NCBI GenBank assembly: GCA_015523565.1
Contig: WAKA01000156.1
Location: 1 to 50,604 of the forward strand
Reading direction: 5' to 3'
Origin: Candidatus Heimdallarchaeota archaeon
Lineage (GTDB): Archaea > Asgardarchaeota > Heimdallarchaeia > Heimdallarchaeales > Kariarchaeaceae
DNA length: 50,604 bases
The notes under the pieces were generated by a model. That model saw nothing but the letters and a program-made list of their open reading frames with translations, searched no databases and was not told the DNA's origin. Below, one piece after another: positions 39,029-49,219 of the stretch; positions within the stretch are counted from its first letter, which is position 1; the number at the start of each line of letters is the position of its first letter. A program made the position numbers and the translations under genes.

Positions 39029-40447
39029 TTATTGTTTTGTAGTATGTGCCACACTTGAGAAATTGAATTTTTCCAAATGTGCGGCCGGACATGTGTTCAG
39101 TTGATACATCTTCCTGTCTGAAGAAAGCGATATGACATTCCCTGGTCCAAATGCCCTTACAAAACTTTCAGTATATCTTAAATTTCTCACTGCTCCAATA
39201 ATTTCCCCGTTTTTTACATGATATAGCCCATTTCTGGTCAACCCTGTTAACCCTCCCTCCTTCCTGATAGTGAAACGATTATACCAGAAGTTTTTCACCC
39301 ATAACCCATTGTCAATCTCTGAAACCAGATCCCTGTATTTTTTCTGACCGGCATTGAACACCCCTGATGCAAAAAAAGCACTGGTTTGACCGAAAAAGGA
39401 AAATGTATGGCCAGTTGCATCATTTTTGTCACCCAAAAATCTTGCCGCATTGAATGAGTCATAGGGTATCATTTTTAAAACCCCTTCGTCAAAAACAGTG
39501 GTATTCGATGTGGGTAATCCTTCTCCGTCGAATGATCTTACAATATAGGCAAGTTCAGGTTCCAATGGCAAGTCCCTCATTGTGATCTTTTCATCAAAAA
39601 TCTGGTCTCCAAGCCTGTCAGATGCATAGCTATTCGATTCATGGAAACTGACCGGATCCAATGAGAACTGTGCAAATAGCATAAGGTCGGAAACTGCCTG
39701 TGGCCCCAAAACCACTTCATATTCTTTGGCAGGTAAGTCAATCAGGTTTAAGGTATCTTTTGCTGTATTTGCCGCTTCTTTAGACATTTCCTCCACATTT
39801 GGGATATTGCCCCTGAAATACTCCTCTTCCTGCCCATATCCCCTGTGGGACTTGTCAGTCTCAGATTCAACAATACAATTTACCTTGAAATAATGTCCAT
39901 TGGATGAGCTTTCAGCATCAATTCCTTCTGTGCTCACAATTCGTTGATATGTGATGGTTGTGGACGCCGTACCGGAAACAATGACTTTATCATGTATCTC
40001 TTCAGCAGCATTAATTGCCTTCAATACTTCTTCAACCCGTTCTTCAACACTCCAATCGTTTGCCCCCAAATTTTTGGGATGCCCTGCTCTTGGATCTGGA
40101 AGTCCTTGGTAAAATGGAATTTCTGGAGACCCTGACATTATCTTTTCCACTTGTTCAAACAAGGTCATGAGACCTTTTTCTTCAATCATTGTGGTTGATC
40201 CCGCTCCCATCCTCTTGCCATTGACCAATTTCAATGCAAAAGAAACTTCTCCATATTCTGTCGGTTGCGTGATTTGATTGACTGCATATCTTGTCGTACC
40301 AGAGAAATTGTAATTGGCTGTGATCTGGGCTTGGTACCCTTTCTTTTTTGCCTCCCTCATCAAAAAATCAATCCCATCGTTCAATTTAGTGAATGGGTTT
40401 CCATATTCGTTTATGTCCAATACACTCTTTGGATTGTAAGACATCAT
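39029..40447 (-). CDS. TldE/PmbA family protein
   Basis: TRYAVNQITQ, FDGEG, LTGLTRNG, NLRYTES; no HExxxH. Confidence 0.88.
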   Translation of the reverse strand: MMSYNPKSVLDINEYGNPFTKLNDGIDFLMREAKKKGYQAQITANYNFSGTTRYAVNQITQPTEYGEVSFALKLVNGKRMGAGSTTMIEEKGLMTLFEQVEKIMSGSPEIPFYQGLPDPRAGHPKNLGANDWSVEERVEEVLKAINAAEEIHDKVIVSGTASTTITYQRIVSTEGIDAESSSNGHYFKVNCIVESETDKSHRGYGQEEEYFRGNIPNVEEMSKEAANTAKDTLNLIDLPAKEYEVVLGPQAVSDLMLFAQFSLDPVSFHESNSYASDRLGDQIFDEKITMRDLPLEPELAYIVRSFDGEGLPTSNTTVFDEGVLKMIPYDSFNAARFLGDKNDATGHTFSFFGQTSAFFASGVFNAGQKKYRDLVSEIDNGLWVKNFWYNRFTIRKEGGLTGLTRNGLYHVKNGEIIGAVRNLRYTESFVRAFGPGNVISLSSDRKMYQLNTCPAAHLEKFNFSSVAHTTKQ

Positions 40448-40525
40448 ATCCTCTGATTGCAAACTTTTTTCAGAATATAAAAATCATCTGCATCCTGATT
40501 AAATTAAGGGAAAGTCTTTATTTTT

Positions 40526-41974
40526 CTAAATTATCTTGTCGAGCCCTGGGAACCTTTCAAATAAAATTCTTTCGTACACTGTCGATCCATCAAAAGTTTG
40601 GTACAATCTTTCAAAATTTGGAATCATTTCCACCGCTTTCTCTGTTTTATGCAAGATTTGGTTGTGTATCTCTGAAGTTCCTTCATAAATTGCCAAAACC
40701 CTGACATCCCTCATGACCTTGTTCACTTCATATTCCGCAACAAACCCATTCCCTCCAAATATTTGGGTTGCATCATAGGCCATTTGATTAACCACTTCGG
40801 ATGTGTAAATTTTTGAAGATGACACGAAATGATGGGCTAACCCTCCTCGTACTGCACCAGGTACCATTGATGCCGCTTGTTTTTCAGGACCTTCTTTTCC
40901 GCCAGCACCCACATCTACGGGAACCCAGCCCTTATTGTATCGATCCAAGGTATAGCCTGCCCTATATCCATACTCTTCCATCCTCGGAATTGTCCTCATC
41001 ATTTCCGTAAGCTTCTTTTCAATGACTGGGAATTGGATGATTGGTCTTTTGAATTGTTCTCGCGTCTTGGCATAATCCAATGCCTGAACAAATAATCTTT
41101 TTGCAGCGGCAATCCCTTGAAAACTTACTCCGACTCTCATCCCCATTAACCTTTCAAGCACTTTCCTGTATCCATCTCCAACTTCTGCAATTACATTCTC
41201 CTTGGGAACTGTGACATTTTCAAACAACAATTGTGCAGTGGGCGATACATGTAGCCCAGACTTTTCTTCAACCCTCAATGGTGTAATGCCATCAAGATCC
41301 GTCACTAAAAAGACATTTGTCCCTTCCCTTTTGCCATTGACTATGTTCTGTGCAAGGAAAAGCCCTGTATTCGCATATCCCCCATTTGAAATCCAAACCT
41401 TTGTCCCGTTCAGGACATATTCATCTCCTACCAATTCAGACGTTGATTTGACTGCTTCGAGGTTTGACCCCGCTCCTGGCTCTGAAAATGCCACATAACC
41501 TAGACGCTTTCCTTCAGCAAATTCCTGCAAGATTGGTTCGAAGTTTGGTTTATAATACTGCACCAATGCTTCAATGACTGATAGGGAAATCATGATCATA
41601 ATTTGCAGGGAAATGTCATATGTGGCAATTACCTCTGAAATTGGACCTTGGAATAAGTTGCCAAACCCCATTCCTCCCAAATCCTCAGGCAGGAAGAAAC
41701 TGTATAGTTGGTTGTCCCTTATGATTTCATACACTATTTCTTCGAAATCTTTTGGAAGGATGACTTTACCATCTTCCACTTTTACACCAATATGATCCCA
41801 TTCCCTTGCTTTGGTTCGTATATCCTTTTTCTCAAGAATTGTATCGATCGTACTTATAATATCAAAAAAGACATCAATTGCATCCTGATCAAACCCCAAT
41901 TTTGGGGCATAACGATTGATCAATTCCTTTCGCTTTGCATTTAGGTTGAAATTTTCTAAATCTTCCACACTCAT
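40526..41974 (-). CDS. Acyl-CoA dehydrogenase
   Basis: FSEPGAGS, LNGTKVWISNG, REQF, QIFGGNG, IYEGTSEI. Confidence 0.92.
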   Translation of the reverse strand: MSVEDLENFNLNAKRKELINRYAPKLGFDQDAIDVFFDIISTIDTILEKKDIRTKAREWDHIGVKVEDGKVILPKDFEEIVYEIIRDNQLYSFFLPEDLGGMGFGNLFQGPISEVIATYDISLQIMIMISLSVIEALVQYYKPNFEPILQEFAEGKRLGYVAFSEPGAGSNLEAVKSTSELVGDEYVLNGTKVWISNGGYANTGLFLAQNIVNGKREGTNVFLVTDLDGITPLRVEEKSGLHVSPTAQLLFENVTVPKENVIAEVGDGYRKVLERLMGMRVGVSFQGIAAAKRLFVQALDYAKTREQFKRPIIQFPVIEKKLTEMMRTIPRMEEYGYRAGYTLDRYNKGWVPVDVGAGGKEGPEKQAASMVPGAVRGGLAHHFVSSSKIYTSEVVNQMAYDATQIFGGNGFVAEYEVNKVMRDVRVLAIYEGTSEIHNQILHKTEKAVEMIPNFERLYQTFDGSTVYERILFERFPGLDKII

Positions 41975-42189
41975 AAATCCACCATCTCTGAATTTTCCTT
42001 ATTATATGTTCATAAAACATCTTTATAAGATTTCCAGCTAAGAATTAGTGAAAAGACAATATTTCTTTCTATTCGATGTTTTTTCGTACTTCTTCTGCTT
42101 GATTTCCTCCCCAAAATCACCTGAAAGTTTCATTAACAAATCATTGGACAATCTAATCAATTTATTAACCCCCTTTGATTTTGATAATT

Positions 42190-43650
42190 ATGGATGTTGA
42201 TCCCTCCTTGCTTGAATTTGCCCTTTCAAAAGCGATGGGTGCAGACGTTACATATGCCGACGTCAAATTTTTGGAAAGAAATAGTGTGTCTGTGACCGTA
42301 AAAAACGGAGTCATTGAAGGAACAAACAAAACTCTATCTGCAGGTATTGGAATTAAGATTCTCTTTAATGGAGGATATGGTTTTGCATCAACCAATGTAT
42401 TGGATCGTGAAAACATTGGAAAAACAGTGGAAAAGGCTTTACGTGTTGCCAAAGCCACATCAAGAGCAATGAAACACCCTATAGTTCTTGCTGAGGAACC
42501 TGTTTATGAAGACAAAGTCATCACTCCAATGAAAAAAGACCCTGTCCAAGTTGAATTGGAAGAAACTATTGCCCTTCTTATTGATGCATCAAAGGCGGCA
42601 GACATTGGGGATCCGCGAGTTAAAGTAAGAAATGCATATTATAACCACTGGAAAGATCATATGATCCTTTGGACTTCTGAAGGGTCTCGTATCGACCAAA
42701 CAATTGCCGTGACTGGTGGTGGCGTTTCCACTTTGGCTGTCGGTAATGGTGAAACCCAGACACGAAGCAAGCCTTCATCGTTCAGGGGTGATCTTTCCAC
42801 TGCTGGTTATGAATATCTTGAAACCCTTGACTTAGTTCAAGTTGCACCCGAAGCAAGCAAAGAAGCTGTTGCCCTTCTTGAGGCACCCCATTGTCCAAGC
42901 TTGAATGATGCCACATTGATTCTTAAACCTGCCCAACTGATGCTACAGACTCATGAAAATGGACATGGATTTGAACTTGATCGTGCCCTTGACTATGAAG
43001 CGGCATTTGCAGGAACCAGCTTTCTCAAACCTCATCTGCTAAACAAACTGGATTTCGGAAATGAATTGGTCACCATTGTAGCGGACGCTACCTATCCAGG
43101 GGGGCTAGGTACTTTTTACTATGATCATGAGGGTGTCAAGGCCCAAAAAACCACATTGATTGATAAGGGGAAATTTGTTGGATATCTCTCTTCAAGAGAA
43201 ACAGCTCCATTGATCGGATTGGATCGATCTTCTGGAGCTTCACGCGCATCTGCTTACAACCGCATGCCTCTTATCAGGATGACCAATATAAATCTACAAC
43301 CTGGCGACTGGAAGTATGAGGAAATAATTGAAGATACAAAGGATGGCTATATGTTCGATACAAATGTCTCTTGGAGCATTGATGACTTACGGCTCTCGTT
43401 CCAATTCGGATGTGAAATTGGATGGAGGATTGAGAATGGGGAAATCACTGGCTTGATCAAAAATCCAAGCTATACTGGCATCACCCCTCAATTTTGGAAT
43501 TCCGTTTCAGCCGTCGCAAACAAGGATGATTTCAAAATATATGGAACTCCAAATTGTGGAAAAGGTGAGCCTGGTCAAGTTATGTATACTGGTCACGGAT
43601 CTTCAACGACTCGATTTGAAAATGTGAGAATTGGCGTTGTCCAGAAATAA
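42190..43650 (+). CDS. tldD: TldD family metalloprotease
   Basis: THENGHGFELDR, YDHEG, IRMTN, NCGKGEPGQ. Confidence 0.9.
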   Translation: MDVDPSLLEFALSKAMGADVTYADVKFLERNSVSVTVKNGVIEGTNKTLSAGIGIKILFNGGYGFASTNVLDRENIGKTVEKALRVAKATSRAMKHPIVLAEEPVYEDKVITPMKKDPVQVELEETIALLIDASKAADIGDPRVKVRNAYYNHWKDHMILWTSEGSRIDQTIAVTGGGVSTLAVGNGETQTRSKPSSFRGDLSTAGYEYLETLDLVQVAPEASKEAVALLEAPHCPSLNDATLILKPAQLMLQTHENGHGFELDRALDYEAAFAGTSFLKPHLLNKLDFGNELVTIVADATYPGGLGTFYYDHEGVKAQKTTLIDKGKFVGYLSSRETAPLIGLDRSSGASRASAYNRMPLIRMTNINLQPGDWKYEEIIEDTKDGYMFDTNVSWSIDDLRLSFQFGCEIGWRIENGEITGLIKNPSYTGITPQFWNSVSAVANKDDFKIYGTPNCGKGEPGQVMYTGHGSSTTRFENVRIGVVQK

Positions 43651-43651
43651 T

Positions 43652-44404
43652 TTATTTTAGCTTATCAATTAAACTTGTGATGATCTGCTTTAATACATCC
43701 ATTTTAACATTGAATAATTCTATGACTTCTTCATGACTGATCTGCGCTTGCATACCTGCTCCAAAATTTGTAATCACACCTATTGTTGCATAATCTATTC
43801 CCAGTTCCTTCGCAAGAAATGCTTCTGGTGCTGATGTCATCCCCAAATAATCTGCCCCCAACATTCTCATCATTTTCACTTCTGCCGCCGTCTCAAATCG
43901 AGGGCCATTTGAAACTGCTATTGTGCCATGGGGGACATATGGATGTTCTTGTGTTTCTAACACTTTAATGATTTCCTGTCTGACTCTCTCTGAAAATGGA
44001 ATGGATACGTCTGTATGAACCACCCTCTTGAACTCTTGTGGAACGGTTACATCTGAATCTCCCATGAAAAATGTCTGTATCCTGTTGGATGTGAAATCAA
44101 TTATCTGATCAGGAACAACAAATGTTCCTGGCTGAATATCCTCTCTTGTCGTCCCTAATGCGTTGGTAGCTATGATTGTCTGGACTTCTTTCAAAAACAA
44201 CGCATAGATATTTGCCCTGTAATTGATCTTATGGGGAGGTACCGTATGGTCTTTACCATGTCTTGCCATGAAGTAGACATGATTGCCGTCTTCCATTTCC
44301 ATTTTCATAATTTCTCCGCTTAATCCAAATGGTGTGGATATCCTCTCTGTTTCTCCCGATCCCATTGTATAAAATCCTGACCCCCCAATTATTCCCAATG
44401 CCAT
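43652..44404 (-). CDS. MTAP-family nucleoside phosphorylase, probably 6-oxopurine/methylthioinosine-specific
   Basis: GIIGGSG, RHG..H..PPH.INYRANI, GPRFET.AE, GMT, TNFGAG. Confidence 0.88.
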   Translation of the reverse strand: MALGIIGGSGFYTMGSGETERISTPFGLSGEIMKMEMEDGNHVYFMARHGKDHTVPPHKINYRANIYALFLKEVQTIIATNALGTTREDIQPGTFVVPDQIIDFTSNRIQTFFMGDSDVTVPQEFKRVVHTDVSIPFSERVRQEIIKVLETQEHPYVPHGTIAVSNGPRFETAAEVKMMRMLGADYLGMTSAPEAFLAKELGIDYATIGVITNFGAGMQAQISHEEVIELFNVKMDVLKQIITSLIDKLK

Positions 44405-44496
44405 GTGTTCTGGAATCAAATGTGCTTAAATAAATGTTCTAATTAAATCAACAAAAAATGCAGTTTCCACCAAAAATAAAAATTCCTCAAATAACT

Positions 44497-45861
44497 ATGT
44501 TTGTGTCTCCCGAAACAACCTTGCTCAAAGCAAAATATCTGGTCACCAATACTTCCTCGTTTTCTCCACAAGTTATTGTTGACGGTGCAGTTCTTATTGA
44601 AGGAAACAAAATCATTCAAGTCGGTTCACAAAACGATATTTCCATGACTACAGATTATGTCTATGATTTTGGTCATCATGTAATCCTCCCGGGATTGGTC
44701 AACGCCCATTCGCATGCTGCAATGACGTTGTTCCGAGGTTACGCTGATGACCTTCCGCTTCAGGAATGGCTGAACGACTATATCTGGCCGATTGAACGAA
44801 AAATGACCAAGGATGATGTTTTCATTGGTGCCAAACTTGCCGCTGCGGAAGCTCTCCTTTCTGGAACAACCCTTTTTAATTCACAGTATTGGCATCCCTC
44901 ACAAGAGGCCGATGCATTCAAGGAAGTTGGTGTTCGATTAACTTGTGGTCCCCCTACCCTTTCAGGAATGGCGAAACTTACATTTCCAACAGAACTTATT
45001 TCTAAATATCATGGGAAATTCAATGACTTCGTCAGGATATCCATGAACCCCCATGCCCCTTATACTGTCTCTCCGGAAGGATATCAAAAGATCAACGATT
45101 TTGTTGCCAAGTTCAATGCCCAACGCTCAGAACATACTCCTCCCATGATTGTCCATACACATGTGGCCGAAGCTGCTGATGAAATGATGGCTATCCATGC
45201 ATTTGCAGAACGCGAAGGTTTCTCCATCAAGAGTGAGATAAAAACCCCTGTCCAATACATGGATTCTATAGGTGCATTGACCCCCTTTACCTTAGCGGCT
45301 CATGCAATTGAGGTGCCTGCCAATGATCAAAGAATTCTTGCCGAAAGAAAAGTCTCTGTCTCAATTAATACTGAATCAAATATGAAATTGGCAAATTCTG
45401 TAGCCCCTGCAAAAGAATACTTGAATCTTGAAATGAATGTTGGACTTGGCACTGATAGTGCATGCTCCAATAATGCACTTGACATGTTTTCCACCATGAA
45501 GTCTACTGCTATTGTTCAAAAAGGGTTTTTCAAATCCGCAGTGCGTCTTCCTGCCCCGACTGTCCTTTCAATGGGAACCGTTGGCGGTGCTTCGGCAATG
45601 GGTTGGGACAATATAGGCGATCTTAAACCTGGCTATTATGCAGACATTGTGGCTGTAGACCTTAATTCTCCTCACTTGCGTCCCATCCCCTCTGAAAAAA
45701 CACTTATCTCGCATCTAGTATACGCCGCAAAAGGATCCGACGTCACTGATGTCATGGTTGGTGGCACTTGGAAACTTCGAAACAGAAACTTGATGGCTGT
45801 TGACTTGCCAACTTTGCTTGAGGAATTTGAAACAAAATCACTGGATCTTCTTTCTCGTTAA
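44497..45861 (+). CDS. mtaD: MTA/SAH deaminase-like amidohydrolase
   Basis: NAHSHAAM..FRG.ADD, PHAPYT, HTHVAE, AH, SNMKL, GTDSACSNN; start 44458 or 44497. Confidence 0.85.
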   Translation: MFVSPETTLLKAKYLVTNTSSFSPQVIVDGAVLIEGNKIIQVGSQNDISMTTDYVYDFGHHVILPGLVNAHSHAAMTLFRGYADDLPLQEWLNDYIWPIERKMTKDDVFIGAKLAAAEALLSGTTLFNSQYWHPSQEADAFKEVGVRLTCGPPTLSGMAKLTFPTELISKYHGKFNDFVRISMNPHAPYTVSPEGYQKINDFVAKFNAQRSEHTPPMIVHTHVAEAADEMMAIHAFAEREGFSIKSEIKTPVQYMDSIGALTPFTLAAHAIEVPANDQRILAERKVSVSINTESNMKLANSVAPAKEYLNLEMNVGLGTDSACSNNALDMFSTMKSTAIVQKGFFKSAVRLPAPTVLSMGTVGGASAMGWDNIGDLKPGYYADIVAVDLNSPHLRPIPSEKTLISHLVYAAKGSDVTDVMVGGTWKLRNRNLMAVDLPTLLEEFETKSLDLLSR

Positions 45862-46706
45862 CGGGAGTCCCACCAAAGCTTTTGGGTTGATGGATCCCAA
45901 CCTGTACGCAATCCCTCGTCAAAATTATCCAACTTCCTCATATCCTCTTCTTTTAGCTTGAAGTCAAAAATGGACGCGTTCTCTAAAATCCGCTCTTTCT
46001 TTGACGATTTCGCTAAAACAATTAGCCCTTTCTCAATTCCCCATCGCAACAAAATTTGGGCTGGTGTTTTTTGGTATGTCTTTGCAATTTCAATCAGCCG
46101 GTGGTCATCCAATTTTCTTCCTTTTGTCAATGGACTGTATGCCTCAATCTTAATTTCTTTGCTTTCACAATATTCCTGTAATGATTTTTGGTAAAGATAG
46201 GGTGAAAATTCAATTTGGTTCACTACTGGAATAATTTCTGAATCTGCAAGTAATTCATCTATATGGTGTTCCATATAGTTGGAAACCCCTATTGCTCGAA
46301 CCTTTCCTTCCTTGTACAATTTCTCAAAGGCTTTCCACGTTTCCATCCTTAGTTCCTCAACTGGCCAATGGATTAAATACAAGTCCAAATAGTCCATATT
46401 AAGTTTTTTGAGTGATTTTTCAAATGCATGAAGTGTTTTTTCATAACCGTGGTCTCTATTCCAAAGTTTTGAGGTGACAAATATTTCCTCCCTGGGAATT
46501 CCGCTATTCTTTATCCCTTTACCGACATCCTCCTCATTTCCATAAATGGCGGCTGTGTCAATATGTCGATATCCTATCTCCAATGCATACTTTACTGCTT
46601 TCTCTGTTTCCCCTCCTGACTTCGCCCGATAAGTCCCCAATCCAAAAATGGGGATTTCAACCCCGTTATTCAATTTCATTTTTGTGTCAATCGCATAATT
46701 GTCCAT
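45858..46706 (-). CDS. Aldo/keto reductase (2,5-DKG reductase-like)
   Basis: GYRHIDTAAIYGNE, DLYLIHWP, IGVSN, AYSPL. Confidence 0.92.
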   Translation of the reverse strand: MDNYAIDTKMKLNNGVEIPIFGLGTYRAKSGGETEKAVKYALEIGYRHIDTAAIYGNEEDVGKGIKNSGIPREEIFVTSKLWNRDHGYEKTLHAFEKSLKKLNMDYLDLYLIHWPVEELRMETWKAFEKLYKEGKVRAIGVSNYMEHHIDELLADSEIIPVVNQIEFSPYLYQKSLQEYCESKEIKIEAYSPLTKGRKLDDHRLIEIAKTYQKTPAQILLRWGIEKGLIVLAKSSKKERILENASIFDFKLKEEDMRKLDNFDEGLRTGWDPSTQKLWWDSR

Positions 46707-46728
46707 AATTGTAATTTTTTGTATCCCT

Positions 46729-46977
46729 TTAATCATTTTCCATTTCACGATTGTTGTCCATTTCCATTCTAAGAATTTTCTTTATTGCCTCATTTGCAGT
46801 CGTCTGAACCTCCAAATACTCGTCTTGCATCAATTCTTTCAGGATATCCCAGATTTCTGGAGGAACCTCTTGCAACTCACCAATGAGATAAGCTGCTTCC
46901 ATTCTTTCTGTCTGGTCTTTACTTTTTGCCAGTTCCAAAATTTCCTGAATAGTAATATCCACCAATTTATTGTTCAT
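46729..46977 (-). CDS. Small HEAT-repeat protein
   Basis: ERMEAAYLIGEL, LMQDEYLEVQTTANEAI. Confidence 0.65.
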   Translation of the reverse strand: MNNKLVDITIQEILELAKSKDQTERMEAAYLIGELQEVPPEIWDILKELMQDEYLEVQTTANEAIKKILRMEMDNNREMEND

Positions 46978-46998
46978 TTTTATGATTAAATACTATAC

Positions 46999-49176
46999 CT
47001 ATTGGATTGTGTTGTTTGGTTGAATTGTGACCAAAACTTTTTTGAAAACTGGTGTTTTTGAAAGTGGATCTATTTGTGGTGGAACCAACAAATTTCCCTC
47101 TGGAAAGAACATCCCTACATTTCCCTCTTTGATTGGAGATTCCACTGCTTCAACCCTCATCCTGCCAACTTCTGATCTAATCTCTACCCAATCCCCATTT
47201 TTGGCACCAACTGTTTCCAAATCCTCTTTTGAAATAAAAACGACATTTCGATGTTTACTGCCCCGATATACATCCTCCTCATCATAAATGATTGTGTTGA
47301 ATTGACCTTCTGAACGGAATGTCATTAAATTCAGTTTCCCCTTTGGTGGTCTCGCATCACGAGGCTTTAAAACAAAAAGATTTGCTTTCCCATTTTCTGT
47401 CGAAAACTTTGGCTCATGTCTTATCCGTCCTTCTATTGTAAAATCATGCTCTCTTACATTTTTTATTTGTTGCATTCCTGGGATGATATTCCCTATCAGT
47501 TCTCTTATTTTGTCATGATCCCCCATGTTTTTCCAATCGACACCCCCCTCATTACCAAATAACTCTGTTGCAAGCTTGATAATTATCTCTGTCTCAGATG
47601 GCAATTTCTCATCTGCCGCTTTTTCCCCTCCAACAGAATACCTGACAAAATTGAACATGGATTCTTGGGTTGTTCCCTGCTTCTCCTCATCCCTTGTTCT
47701 TACAGGAAGTATCAATGCTTCTTTTCCCTGTCCGTATAAATGCCCAAGATTTAATGTTGTACTTAACTGACAAGTGAACTTGATATTGTTGAGTGCCTTC
47801 TCTGCCCATTTTGATGCGGGATTTGATCCATAGAGATTTCCTCCCAAAAAAAATCCAACGTCTATCTCTCCCCTTTCCGCGGCCTTCATTGCTGCAAATG
47901 TATCAAATCCCTCCCTCTCTGGAACCCTTATTCCCAAATTTTCTGCAATTGCATCAATGACCTGCAATTTTAATTTTGGGACAACCCCCATCGTTCCCAC
48001 TCCTTGAACATTGCTATGCCCTCGAAGTGGTAGTAGGCCACTCCCCTTTCTCCCTACTGCCCCTATTAGTAATGACAGGTTTGCCAGCATTTGCACTGTT
48101 TCCACCCCATGTTTTTGGTGTGTCAAACCCATGGCCCACGCAAATACTGGGTTTTTTGCTTCTAAGATGTATTTTACTGTCTTGTCCAATTCTGGTTCCG
48201 AGATGCCTGAATACTCTAACAATTTATCAATATCTTCATTTTCAAGATCTTCTAGAAACTCTTCTGCGTTGTTGCAGTAATTTTTGAGAAACTTAATGTC
48301 TGATCTTCCCAGTTTATGGATCTTAACCGCAATTGCCTTGAAAAATGCCATGTCGCCCCCACAATGCGGTTGGACATAGAGATTTGCAATTTCAGTTCCA
48401 AACAATAACGACCTAAAATGACTTGGAATGGCAAATCTCTCTAAACCCACTTCTCGGAAGGGGTTGACCACAATTATTTTCCCTTTTCTTTTCCTGAGAT
48501 TCATCATATGTGTCATAAATCTTGGATGATTGCTACTTGGATTGGCTCCTGCAATCATGACCAAATCCGATTTTTCAAGGTCTTCCAACTTTATGGTTGC
48601 AGTTCCTGTCCCGAATACCTTTGACAGTCCAACTCCGCTTGCTTGATGACAATAATAACTGCAATTGTTTATGTTGTTTGTTCCCAATTGCCTTGCAAAA
48701 ATTTGCAATAGGAATGCCGCTTCATTTGAAGACCTGCCTGAAACATAGAAAAACGTTTTTTCAGGTGATGTTTCTCTTAATTTTTCAACTATTGTCTTGA
48801 ATGCCTTGTCCCAACTTACTGGAAAAAACCTGTTTTCCCCCTTTGGTTTATGCAATGGGGTTACCAACCGACCTGCCAATTCCAATTCTCTTGGACCTAT
48901 TTTTTTCAAATCATCGACTGTGTTTTCCATAAAAAAACTTGCAGGGATTGGTTTGAGCATGTCTTGGGCTTGTGCTTGCATTGCCTTTTTACAAACCTGA
49001 AACCCCTTCCCTAGCTCATTTTTCATCCCCTTCATTCCAAAAGCACATGTTTTGCATGTATTTTGCTTTCGTAGTGCCCTGAAAAGCCTAATTGTTCCTC
49101 CTGCGCGTTTTCCCATCTTGAAGGTATACTTGACTGCATGCCATCCCCCTGCTTGCCTCGGTCGTTTATTGCCCAT
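46999..49176 (-). CDS. FdhF/YdeP family molybdopterin oxidoreductase
   Basis: AGGW, SGRSSNEA, NNCSYYCHQASG, LRGHSNVQG, RSEGQFNT. Confidence 0.9.
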   Translation of the reverse strand: MGNKRPRQAGGWHAVKYTFKMGKRAGGTIRLFRALRKQNTCKTCAFGMKGMKNELGKGFQVCKKAMQAQAQDMLKPIPASFFMENTVDDLKKIGPRELELAGRLVTPLHKPKGENRFFPVSWDKAFKTIVEKLRETSPEKTFFYVSGRSSNEAAFLLQIFARQLGTNNINNCSYYCHQASGVGLSKVFGTGTATIKLEDLEKSDLVMIAGANPSSNHPRFMTHMMNLRKRKGKIIVVNPFREVGLERFAIPSHFRSLLFGTEIANLYVQPHCGGDMAFFKAIAVKIHKLGRSDIKFLKNYCNNAEEFLEDLENEDIDKLLEYSGISEPELDKTVKYILEAKNPVFAWAMGLTHQKHGVETVQMLANLSLLIGAVGRKGSGLLPLRGHSNVQGVGTMGVVPKLKLQVIDAIAENLGIRVPEREGFDTFAAMKAAERGEIDVGFFLGGNLYGSNPASKWAEKALNNIKFTCQLSTTLNLGHLYGQGKEALILPVRTRDEEKQGTTQESMFNFVRYSVGGEKAADEKLPSETEIIIKLATELFGNEGGVDWKNMGDHDKIRELIGNIIPGMQQIKNVREHDFTIEGRIRHEPKFSTENGKANLFVLKPRDARPPKGKLNLMTFRSEGQFNTIIYDEEDVYRGSKHRNVVFISKEDLETVGAKNGDWVEIRSEVGRMRVEAVESPIKEGNVGMFFPEGNLLVPPQIDPLSKTPVFKKVLVTIQPNNTIQ

Positions 49177-49219
49177 AATTCACCAATTTACTTTATTAAT
49201 AAATAGTTTTCCCAGATAT

